Assembly (NCBI GenBank): GCA_964584035.1
Contig: CAZOYL010000047.1
Location: forward strand, 1 to 17,811
Source: an uncultured Gemmatimonadota bacterium
GTDB lineage: Bacteria > SM23-81
Length of the DNA: 17,811 nt
Reading direction: 5' to 3'
In this document: positions 1 through 6,988 of the stretch, in pieces
How the letters are laid out: each line of letters opens with the position of its first letter
Position numbering within the stretch: the first letter of the stretch is position 1
The notes under the pieces: generated by a model
What the model saw: the letters and a program-made list of their open reading frames with translations, nothing else
What the model was told of the DNA's origin: nothing
Databases searched by the model: none
Translations under genes and position numbers: made by a program

Positions 1-1
1 C

Positions 2-316
2 CTCCAGGACACCTTCTATCCCACCTTCGGCCAGGCCGATCCCCTGGAGGTGGGCCAGATTATGGCCCACGCCGCCCAGATGAGCCGGCCCGAGGAGATC
101 GAGACCCTGTTCGACATGGCCACGTTTCATGCCGCCCGGCTTCTGCGGCTGAAGAATTTCGGCATCGAGGCAGGGCATCCGGCCGACCTCAACATCATCG
201 ACGCCCCGACGGTACAGGAGGCCTTCCGCACCCGGGCCGACCGGCGATACGTCATCTGCCGGGGAAAGATAATCGCGGAGACGAAAACCCAAACTGAATT
301 GAAGATCGAGGATTGA
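2..316 (+). CDS. Amidohydrolase, cytosine deaminase (CodA)-like; C-terminal part only, 5'-truncated by the window
   Basis: The frame is open from position 2: LQDTFYPTFGQADPLEVGQIMAHAAQM...ATFHAARLLRLKNFGIEAGHPADLNIIDA...RRYVICRGKIIAET. This resembles the C-terminus of bacterial cytosine deaminase-type amidohydrolases (DPWYPLG...GIxxGxxAxLxI...VxxGKVIA). Catalytic residues lie outside the window. Confidence 0.8.
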   Translation, partial: LQDTFYPTFGQADPLEVGQIMAHAAQMSRPEEIETLFDMATFHAARLLRLKNFGIEAGHPADLNIIDAPTVQEAFRTRADRRYVICRGKIIAETKTQTELKIED

Positions 317-419
317 AGATTTGAGATTGAGGAATGATCCCGTCCCGAGTTCCCCAATCCTCTTGACGGATGGTTTGTGTTTTCAATCTCCAATCTGCGA
401 TCTAACATCTTCAATCTTC
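301..419. repeat. Two inverted arrays of degenerate 7-bp tandem repeats (consensus GAAGATT / AATCTTC) around a ~50-bp spacer
   Basis: 301-335: gaagatc gaggatt gaagatt tgagatt gaggaat. 385-419: aatctcc aatctgc gatctaa catcttc aatcttc, whose reverse complement is gaagatt gaagatg ttagatc gcagatt ggagatt. Confidence 0.85.
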
Positions 420-445
420 TATTCTTTCCATCAAAGGATAGCGCC

Positions 446-1183
446 ATGGCAAAACAATACCACATCGCCCTGGAGAAGGGTCAAATCGGTAAATATGTCC
501 TTTTGCCCGGCGATCCCGGCCGGGTGCCGCTGATCGCCGAGCATTTCGACTCGGCCGAAAAGATGGCTCAGAACCGGGAATATGTCACCTACACCGGCAC
601 GGTGGATGGCATTCCCATCTCGGCCACCTCCACCGGCATCGGCTGCCCCTCGGCGGCCATCTGCGTGGAAGAGCTGGCCCGCATCGGCGCCGAGGTGTTT
701 ATCCGCGTGGGTACGGCCGGCTCGCTGCAGGAGGATGTCGGTCTGGGACACCTGGTGGTCACCGCCGGCTCGATCAGGGATGAGGGGACCACCCGGCAAT
801 ATATCCCCCTGAGCTATCCCGCGGTGCCCGATCTGGGGGTCACCGCGGCGCTGGCCCGGGCGGCCGAGCAACTGGGCCTGCCTCACCGCACGGGCATCAC
901 CCACTGCAAGGATGCCTTTTATGCCGAATTCGCCAAAGATCATCCCATGTCCGAGGAGTGGACCAGACGATGGATGATCTGGCGCCGCGCCGGCGTGCTG
1001 GCCACCTCCATGGAGTCGGCGGCCATCTTCGTTCTGTCCTCCTTAAAGCGCCTGCGGGCCGGAGAGGTGCTGGCCATCGTCGGATTGGCTTACAAGGATC
1101 ACCCCGTGCTGGAGGGGAAGAGGGGCATCGATGATGCCATCCGGGCGGCCATCGAGGCGGTCAAGATCCTGGAGGGGCATTGA
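446..1183 (+). CDS. Nucleoside phosphorylase, uridine phosphorylase-like (PNP/UDP-1 family), 245 aa
   Basis: Motifs QYHI, LLPGDPGRV, NREY, STGIGCPSAAIxVEEL, FIRVGTAGSLQ, RDEGTT, CKDAFY and MESAA. Start placed at ATG 446 behind AAAGGA (433-438) rather than at 377, which lies beside and reads through the heptamer repeat. Confidence 0.9.
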   Translation: MAKQYHIALEKGQIGKYVLLPGDPGRVPLIAEHFDSAEKMAQNREYVTYTGTVDGIPISATSTGIGCPSAAICVEELARIGAEVFIRVGTAGSLQEDVGLGHLVVTAGSIRDEGTTRQYIPLSYPAVPDLGVTAALARAAEQLGLPHRTGITHCKDAFYAEFAKDHPMSEEWTRRWMIWRRAGVLATSMESAAIFVLSSLKRLRAGEVLAIVGLAYKDHPVLEGKRGIDDAIRAAIEAVKILEGH

Positions 1184-1210
1184 AAGCCGGACAACGACGA
1201 TTGCGAACAG

Positions 1211-1247
1211 AAAAAGGCCGCCGGGAGTGGAACTCCCGGCGGCCTTT
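1211..1247. terminator. Rho-independent terminator, probably bidirectional, between convergent genes
   Basis: Perfect 16-bp inverted repeat AAAGGCCGCCGGGAGT-gga-ACTCCCGGCGGCCTTT. The A5 run at 1211-1215 gives a U-tract on the minus strand, and TTT follows on the plus strand. Confidence 0.85.
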
Positions 1248-1281
1248 GAGCTGCCCAGCCACGGGTCTTTCGAGCAGCACG

Positions 1282-2313
1282 TTATTTCAACAGGGTCATT
1301 TTCCTGGTCTGATGATAGGAGCCGGCCGTCAGATGACAGAAGTATATTCCGCTGGCCACCGGCTGGCCGGCCTCATCGCGGCCGTCCCAGATGACCCGGA
1401 ACCTTCCTTGTTCGCGCACCTCGTTGACCAGTGTGCGGACCTGCTGTCCGAGAACGTTGAACACCATCATCTGCACGGGTGAGGCCTGCGGAACCTGATA
1501 CTCGATGGTCGTCTCCGGATTAAAGGGATTGGGATAGTTCTGGGAGAGACCGTATTCGGTGGGAAGACGGTCCCCGGCAACTCCGGCCACGTCCGTCCGA
1601 GCGGATACCATGATCGGTCCGAACAGGCCCGAGCTGTCGCTGAAGTCGGCCAATCCCAGCATATAGAAATAGGTCGTTCCGGCGATGACATCCTCATCGC
1701 AGTAACTGTAGAGACCGGGTTGGTCCGGCCGGAGAGGTTCCTCGGTGATCCGCTGGTAGGGTCCCTCCTCGGATGTGCTGCGGTAAACATAGAAGGAAAG
1801 GTCGCTGCCCATCCCCTCCAGCAGCCATTCCACCGTGATCTGGCCGGAAGCACAGGATCCGTGCAGGTTCTCTACCACCGAGATCATCTGCAGGGTTGTG
1901 GCCAACTGAGGTTCGGCGGCGGCGTCCAGAGCGATAGAGGTGACAAGCAGCTGGTTGGACTCTGTGTTAACGATGGCCAGGCGGAGGGAATCGCCGTTGG
2001 CCCACTCGAATTGGGAGAAGTTGGCACATTCGATCTCCAGCCATCCTTCGCCCATTACGCCGTCTCCGTAAGCGTTTCCGGTGTCGTCATTTGTTCGAGT
2101 TTCCGAACGGACGCCGCCGTCGGATAGATCGATGAGATAAGCCTGGAATTTCACGTGATCGCAAGAGGGTGTGCTGTCGAGATGATCGCGCACCATGGCC
2201 AGGACGGTGTGGGGAACCTGCGCCGGCGCAGCGCTCGCCATCATCACGAGCAGAGTGACGAGCATGGCACCCGCGATCGTCTTCGCATCGCATATTCGTC
2301 TGTGTCCGTACAT
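1282..2313 (-). CDS. Secreted protein, 343 aa: N-terminal 'QVPHTV' domain, Ig/FN3-like domain and T9SS type A / FlgD-Ig C-terminal sorting domain
   Basis: Signal peptide ending APA|QVPH. C-terminus LPTEYGLSQNYPNPFNPETTIEY...VFNVLGQQVRTLV...WDGRDEAGQPVASGIYFCHLTAG...TRKMTLLK is the typical Por/T9SS-type CTD. RBS GAGGAA at 2322-2327. Confidence 0.9.
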   Translation of the reverse strand: MYGHRRICDAKTIAGAMLVTLLVMMASAAPAQVPHTVLAMVRDHLDSTPSCDHVKFQAYLIDLSDGGVRSETRTNDDTGNAYGDGVMGEGWLEIECANFSQFEWANGDSLRLAIVNTESNQLLVTSIALDAAAEPQLATTLQMISVVENLHGSCASGQITVEWLLEGMGSDLSFYVYRSTSEEGPYQRITEEPLRPDQPGLYSYCDEDVIAGTTYFYMLGLADFSDSSGLFGPIMVSARTDVAGVAGDRLPTEYGLSQNYPNPFNPETTIEYQVPQASPVQMMVFNVLGQQVRTLVNEVREQGRFRVIWDGRDEAGQPVASGIYFCHLTAGSYHQTRKMTLLK

Positions 2314-2371
2314 GGGTATGTTTCCTCTTCTCTAAAACAGGGATGGTTTCGATCGTCTGTCTTTACTAACA

Positions 2372-2387
2372 TGCAAAGCTCGGGCCA
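2372..2387 (-). promoter_or_regulatory. Sigma-54 (RpoN) -24/-12 promoter for the 343-aa gene
   Basis: The minus strand reads TGGCCCG-AGCT-TTGCA against consensus TGGCACG-N4-TTGCW. It sits ~60 nt upstream of ATG 2313, with an AT-rich tract further upstream. Confidence 0.75.
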
Positions 2388-2405
2388 TGTACGGGTCCTC
2401 GGAGA

Positions 2406-2460
2406 GAAAAATTTTTTTCGCATAACATATTATATTATTGTAAGTTATATAATCACCAAA
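2406..2460. promoter_or_regulatory. AT-rich tract, possible IHF/DNA-bending site upstream of the sigma-54 promoter
   Basis: A/T tracts plus TAACATATTATAT (2423-2435), a partial match to the IHF consensus YAANNNNTTGATW, ~36 bp from the -24 box in otherwise GC-rich DNA. Confidence 0.45.
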
Positions 2461-2519
2461 AATGTCCTCCGAAGATCTGTGGCGGGCATCTGTGCAACGG
2501 ATGAACAGTTGTGTGCCGA

Positions 2520-2830
2520 CCGCTGAGCACTCCCTTCGCTGAGGGGTGGGGCGCGGATACAAGCCGGCAGGCAAGCCCCGATGGCAGAAAAAAAGGGCTG
2601 CCGGAGAATGTTCTCCAGCAGCCCTGAATCTTGCGCGGTGGCGGTGCCTGCGCGGAACGGAGTGTCCTCAACAACTGGAATATTGGCCAGGCGGAGGGAG
2701 TCGCCTGTGGCCCACTCGTATTGAGTGACTCGTTTGCGCGCCAGCGTGAGCTGAGCTTCCCTCACGGTGCCGTTTCCATGAGCGTTACCGGCTTCGCATG
2801 ATGTTCCGCGTCGACGGCACCGCCACCGGA
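2520..2830 (-). pseudogene. Decayed partial paralogue of the 343-aa gene
   Basis: It translates to AGNAHGNGTVREAQLTLARKRVTQYEWATGDSLRLA, against TGNAYGDGVMGEGWLEIECANFSQFEWANGDSLRLA in the 343-aa protein. It then reads IPVVE-(15)-LLE against ISVVE-(15)-LLE, and SEGSAQR against EEGPYQR. DNA 2684-2723 matches 1974-2013 at 36/40 nt. There is no signal peptide or CTD. Confidence 0.75.
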
Positions 2831-2858
2831 TGGTATAATCTTTCCAAAGAGCAGTATC

Positions 2859-4895
2859 TTAGAATCGGTCTCGCGAAACTCTTTTCATTTCCTCGACTCC
2901 GGCCTTGTCCGCCGGCCAGGTGCTGCCGGCCGTGATATTGACATAATAGGGATGGCCTTGCCGGACGGAACCGGTGCCGAACCAGGACGCCCCGACCTTG
3001 AAGGCTAGAGAGACATAGCCCTGGGTGTGCTCGTCCCACTTCTTGATGGCCGTGCAGTGGTCGATGGAGGCGCCCAGATCGCGCGCCAGGGTGATATCGC
3101 TGGAGAGCGGCAGCGTGATGGTGTTATAGTCATTTCCGCTTGGAGACACCAGCTGGAAGGAGGGATCGGCCGGCACCCGTCCGGTCAGGGTCCAGAGGCT
3201 GTCGGAGGAGGCGCCGATGAACAGATAGTATGGATAGCCGGATGTCACCTCCGAGGAGCCGTACCAGGTGTCGTCGACCTTGAACGCCCTGGAGACATAG
3301 GCTCTGGCGGAGGCATCCCAGACCTTGACGGCCGTGCAATTGGGCACCCGGGCTCCCAGCTGGCTGGCCAGAGTGGTCGCGCCGTCGTCCAGACTGTTGG
3401 ACATCATCATGTATCCCGAGCTGCTGCCGGGCAGTTGGAAGTCAATCTCTCCGGCTCTATTGGAGTTGATGCCGAGGTTGCCGGCGAAGTCGACCCCGCG
3501 GATGAGATAGAAAGAGTTACTGCCGGCCTCTCCGACCTGGCTGCCGCCGTCGATGAAGAAGGTGTCGGTGACCATGGCGACCGATTCGACCGCGGTCGCC
3601 GTAAACAGCGGTATCTCATTGCGGTAGATGATGTATCCCTGGACGGATTCCGCCCCGCCGTAGATGTCGGTCTCGAGAGAGGACCAGTTTAAGAGAACAT
3701 CTGTTCCTTCCATCGAGGTCATCAGATCGGTCACCGCGGCGGGAGGATTGAGATCCGGAGACACCGTCGTGATTTCTTCGGCTTCGGCTGTGACCTCCTG
3801 GCTGCAGGTGATATGAGCCCGATTGCTGATCTCGATTCCGTTCAGCAGCGGCCAGTCCACCTGCACGGTCAGGGTCACCGAACCGGAGGCGCCGGCGCTT
3901 ACAGCACCGATCGCCCAGGTTACGCAGTGGCCGTCAAAGGTTCCGCCTCCGGTCTGAGACCAGTAGGAGGCGTGCGCCGGAATGGTGTCCACGATGGCCA
4001 CCCCGGCGGCGGCATCGGTGCCGGTGTTGTGATACTGAATCGTGTAGGTCAGAGGATCGCCGGCATCCACCGGATCCTGTGAATCCGAAAGGTCAAGAGA
4101 CCACTGGGGGGCTGATCGCACCGTGGTGACCTCGGAGGCGCTGCTGCCGGCCCCCTGAGCGCAGGTCACATGAGCGCGGTTATAGAGCAGCGTTCCGTCC
4201 AACAGGGGACTGTCCACTGTGACGGTCAGGGTGACGCTGCCGGAATCGCCCGGAGAGACCGTTCCCGGGGACCAGGTGACCACTCCGCTGGAATGGGAAC
4301 CTCCTCCGGTACAGGATTGATAATTCGCCGCCGACGGAATGGTATCCAGGATGGTCGCGCCGGTGGCTTGTCCCTGGCCGTCGTTCCGATACGTGATGGT
4401 GTAGATCAGTTCCTGACCGGCCCAGACCGAATCCGGGACGTCATCCAGGTTCAGCATCCATTCAGGCGTCGGTTCATCAAGGGAGATGTCTGCCACCACC
4501 TGCGGCTCCAGCTCTGATGTCAGCGGACAGGCCAAACGGCCCATCTGTCCATTCGCCGAGTTGGTGAATGAGATCGCCAGGGAGTCTCCATCAGCCCAAT
4601 TGAAGGCGCTGAAGTTTCCGCATTCCACCTCGAACCAGCCGGCCCCCATAATGCCGTTGCCAAAGGCGTTTCCAGGATCGGACTGGGTCCGGATCTCCGA
4701 ACCGGCGTTTCCGCTGGAGACGTCGATCAGGTGAACCTCGAAGGTGAGCTGCCCGATGGCCGGGACACTGTCATCGGAATTGAAAACCTGACCCATGACC
4801 GTGTGGGGCACTTGAGCCTCGGAGACAGAGATCATCGCCGCGAGGATGAGGAGTCCTGCGCCTATACTCATGAAAAGAGTGCTGCGGAACATCAT
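2859..4895 (-). CDS. Secreted modular protein, 678 aa: 'QVPHTV' domain, 2x DUF11 (conserved repeat) domains, FN3-like module, 2x 'CTAVKxW' repeat
   Basis: Start at ATG 4895 with GGAGG 8 nt upstream; the ORF-track start at 5000 overlaps the previous gene. Signal peptide MMFRSTLFMSIGAGLLILAAMISVSEA|QVPH. DUF11-like repeats AGxxLxYTIxYxNxGxxxAxGxxIxDTIP...VTW..GxVSxGxSGSVTLTVxV. Confidence 0.88.
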   Translation of the reverse strand: MMFRSTLFMSIGAGLLILAAMISVSEAQVPHTVMGQVFNSDDSVPAIGQLTFEVHLIDVSSGNAGSEIRTQSDPGNAFGNGIMGAGWFEVECGNFSAFNWADGDSLAISFTNSANGQMGRLACPLTSELEPQVVADISLDEPTPEWMLNLDDVPDSVWAGQELIYTITYRNDGQGQATGATILDTIPSAANYQSCTGGGSHSSGVVTWSPGTVSPGDSGSVTLTVTVDSPLLDGTLLYNRAHVTCAQGAGSSASEVTTVRSAPQWSLDLSDSQDPVDAGDPLTYTIQYHNTGTDAAAGVAIVDTIPAHASYWSQTGGGTFDGHCVTWAIGAVSAGASGSVTLTVQVDWPLLNGIEISNRAHITCSQEVTAEAEEITTVSPDLNPPAAVTDLMTSMEGTDVLLNWSSLETDIYGGAESVQGYIIYRNEIPLFTATAVESVAMVTDTFFIDGGSQVGEAGSNSFYLIRGVDFAGNLGINSNRAGEIDFQLPGSSSGYMMMSNSLDDGATTLASQLGARVPNCTAVKVWDASARAYVSRAFKVDDTWYGSSEVTSGYPYYLFIGASSDSLWTLTGRVPADPSFQLVSPSGNDYNTITLPLSSDITLARDLGASIDHCTAIKKWDEHTQGYVSLAFKVGASWFGTGSVRQGHPYYVNITAGSTWPADKAGVEEMKRVSRDRF
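3765..4460 (-). repeat. Two tandem DUF11-like protein repeats (119-aa period)
   Basis: WMLNLDDVPDSVWAGQELIYTITYRNDG... and WSLDLSDSQDPVDAGDPLTYTIQYHNTG..., with starts 357 nt apart. Confidence 0.85.
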
Positions 4896-4929
4896 CGAGG
4901 GGTCCTCCTGTTGACAAAGAGTGGTTCCC

Positions 4930-6234
4930 TCACTTGTGATCGGATTGACGGAGACGGTCGTCGTAAGAAAGAACGGTTTTGCCCGTTGGCCAGATACCAT
5001 CGGCGGTTACGTTGACGAAATAGGGCCTTCCCGGCTGCAGCGGCGCGGTCCCGTACCAGGTGTCGCCGATCTTGAAAGCGATCGATTCGAATCCCTGAGA
5101 TGACGGATTCCATCGCTTCACCGCGGTGCAATGAGGAATAGACTGTCCCAGCTCTCCGGCCTGAGTCATAGTGTTGGAGAGAGGAAGGGTGATGGTGTTG
5201 TACCCGTTGCCGCCGGGAGCGTGGAGCGTAAAAACGGGATCTTCGGTGACGGTTCCGGTCACGGTCCAGCTGCTCTCGGATCCCGCTTCGATGAACACAT
5301 AATAAGCGTATCCCAGTGTCAGCGCTGTTTCGCCATACCAGGTTTCCGCGATCTTGAAAGCGCAGGACTGATATGATTGGGTCTCCGGATTCCATTCTTT
5401 CACCGCGGTGCAGTTGGCGATGGATTGCCCCAGGTCGCTGGTTGTGGCCATCTGTCCGTCATCCAGAAGCGGAGAGACGAGATAATAGCCGGCGGTCTGG
5501 GGAATGGTGCCGTAATCGAATTCGCCGACCGTGTTGGAGCCCCCGCTTTCATTGCCGGCCACGTCCACGGCTGTGATGATATAGAATTGGTTGAGATCGG
5601 GAGAGCCGATACCGCTCTGGGAATCCAGATACGAAGGTGCGGTGACGCCGGCAATGGAGTCGCTGCTCTGCGGCGTGAAGAAGGCTTCGGTGCTGCGATA
5701 GACGATATAATGGCTGATCTGCTCTGAACCGCCCAGGGAGTCCTCAGTCACCTGGGGCCAGCTGAGCAGCAGGTTTCCATCCGATTCCTGAGCCGTCAAC
5801 CCGGAAACGGACTTGGGCGGGACCTGGTCAGGCTGAGGAGTCACACAGAGGATCTCATCCGATTCCGGAGAGTGAGCGCCTTCTTCCCCGCTGTAGTTGA
5901 CTCCGGCCACCTTGATTTGATAGATGTGGCCGCTGTCGCCGGACACCGAGCAATTATTAGACATGGCCGTGTCGATCTGCTGGAAAGCTTCTCCGTCGAT
6001 GGACACATAGATGTGATAATAGGCCACGACGCTATCGGCGTTGGACGGTTCGGCCCAGCTGAAGTCCAGACAGCCGTCGTCGTCGACACCGTCGACCTTC
6101 ACCTGTGCCCGGACCTCCCGGGGCCATCCGCTGAACAGGATGAGCACGAACAGAGCCAGGAGCAAGGCGATATTCCGGCGAGCATGGAGGCCAGCTCGCC
6201 CGGCACGATGAGATTGAAGCCTGTGTAACAACAT
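4930..6234 (-). CDS. Secreted fibronectin type III-like domain protein, 434 aa: FN3, FN3-like 'VGEFD' module, 2x 'CTAVKxW' repeat
   Basis: ATG 6234 with a GAGGGAG RBS, and a hydrophobic signal (RRNIALLLALFVLILFSGWPREVRA). FN3 pattern W...YxIY...YQIKVAGVNxxG. The C-terminal ~290 aa is paralogous to the C-terminus of the 678-aa protein. Confidence 0.88.
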   Translation of the reverse strand: MLLHRLQSHRAGRAGLHARRNIALLLALFVLILFSGWPREVRAQVKVDGVDDDGCLDFSWAEPSNADSVVAYYHIYVSIDGEAFQQIDTAMSNNCSVSGDSGHIYQIKVAGVNYSGEEGAHSPESDEILCVTPQPDQVPPKSVSGLTAQESDGNLLLSWPQVTEDSLGGSEQISHYIVYRSTEAFFTPQSSDSIAGVTAPSYLDSQSGIGSPDLNQFYIITAVDVAGNESGGSNTVGEFDYGTIPQTAGYYLVSPLLDDGQMATTSDLGQSIANCTAVKEWNPETQSYQSCAFKIAETWYGETALTLGYAYYVFIEAGSESSWTVTGTVTEDPVFTLHAPGGNGYNTITLPLSNTMTQAGELGQSIPHCTAVKRWNPSSQGFESIAFKIGDTWYGTAPLQPGRPYFVNVTADGIWPTGKTVLSYDDRLRQSDHK

Positions 6235-6350
6235 TTCTCCCTCTTTTTTTACGAAGACCGCTGTAGTCGGTATGGTCGGGTGTAACGGCTCATTCGTCGG
6301 CCGCCCGTCGGCCGCCAGCGTCCTTGTTTTCCTCGTCAGCTCTACAGACG

Positions 6351-6366
6351 TGCAAGAGTCGGGCCA
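6351..6366 (-). promoter_or_regulatory. Sigma-54 -24/-12 promoter for the minus-strand operon
   Basis: The minus strand reads TGGCCCG-ACTC-TTGCA, with boxes identical to those at 2372-2387. Confidence 0.75.
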
Positions 6367-6405
6367 GTTTCTCCGGAGCCTCCATTGGTTTTTCTAATAT
6401 GCAGA

Positions 6406-6418
6406 TAAGCTATTAATT
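6406..6418. promoter_or_regulatory. Putative IHF site
   Basis: TAAGCTATTAATT has one mismatch to YAANNNNTTGATW and lies 40 bp upstream of the -24 box at 6366, in an AT-rich patch. Confidence 0.5.
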
Positions 6419-6699
6419 TGCATGAAAATAGCCGACCGATGCCGCGAACGGGAGCTGATCCATACAGCCGGCTGGACGGGACCGGATTGAGCAATTCTTG
6501 TTCGATGTCGCCGGTCTCGGACCGAAAGCGAGTCATCAGGAGCCCCCCGGCCGTTTTTTTTACAGCAGCAACCTCATTATCTATTTGCTGTTAAAATGAC
6601 ACCTCGGGATCTTTCGTCAGAGTGATCAGGAAATGAACAGGAGAGAGCAAGATCGGCATCGCAGTGAGGTCGGTGCGGTCACCGATTCGGAGCCTGTTT

Positions 6700-6715
6700 T
6701 GGCATGACTGTTGCG
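6700..6715 (+). promoter_or_regulatory. Putative sigma-54 promoter facing the peptidase genes
   Basis: TGGCATG-ACTG-TTGCG: GG and GC are correctly spaced; the last base is non-consensus. Confidence 0.55.
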
Positions 6716-6808
6716 AGAAGAATCGACGGCCTGGACGGCGACCTCTTCGGCCCGGTCGAACTGACCACCGAAGTGGTTCCGGAGGCGGCTCGTCCGGGGA
6801 AAAAAGAC

Positions 6809-6837
6809 TTGACAATAAAAGCACTTTCTGGTACAAT
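6809..6837 (+). promoter_or_regulatory. Sigma-70-type promoter with extended -10
   Basis: TTGACA-17 nt-TACAAT, with TG at 6829-6830 (TGn extended -10) and an A-tract just upstream of the -35. Confidence 0.85.
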
Positions 6838-6988
6838 AGTAGAGTATCGGTGTTTCCTCATCCTGGGCAGACTATTCGGGGTATCCGACAAGGCCGATGG
6901 TTCGGCACCTGTGCCGGGCTCCGAAGAAAAGATACTGCCGAGGAAATGGAGGGGACTATCTTATCAATCCGCTAACCAAGGAGCGGTG

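Noticed and set aside
301..419. Heptamer arrays as a CRISPR array or IS ends
   Set aside because: There are no 23-50-bp repeats with unique spacers, and no cas gene, transposase or target-site duplication is visible.
377..445. N-terminal extension of the nucleoside phosphorylase
   Set aside because: It is a translation of the heptamer repeat, and family similarity starts at MAKQYHI (446).
1974..2723. The near-identical 40-nt pair (1974-2013 and 2684-2723) as a DGR variable/template repeat
   Set aside because: Mismatches are not confined to adenines, similarity decays with indels, and no reverse transcriptase is present in the window. A decayed duplication explains it better.
2445..2765. 106-aa ORF as an intact gene
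   Set aside because: It starts mid-domain at a GTG with no clear RBS or signal peptide, has lost conserved W/C residues, and runs into the promoter region. It is treated as a remnant.
4896..5000. N-terminal extension of the 713-aa ORF
   Set aside because: It overlaps the upstream gene, and GGAGG plus the signal peptide support ATG 4895.
6539..6560. GC patch followed by a T-run as a terminator
   Set aside because: There is no convincing stem, and it lies between divergent promoters where no transcript is expected to end.
6704..6988. 95-aa N-terminal extension of the M14 ORF in the ORF track
   Set aside because: It spans the sigma-70 promoter, and the RBS and signal peptide point to ATG 6989.
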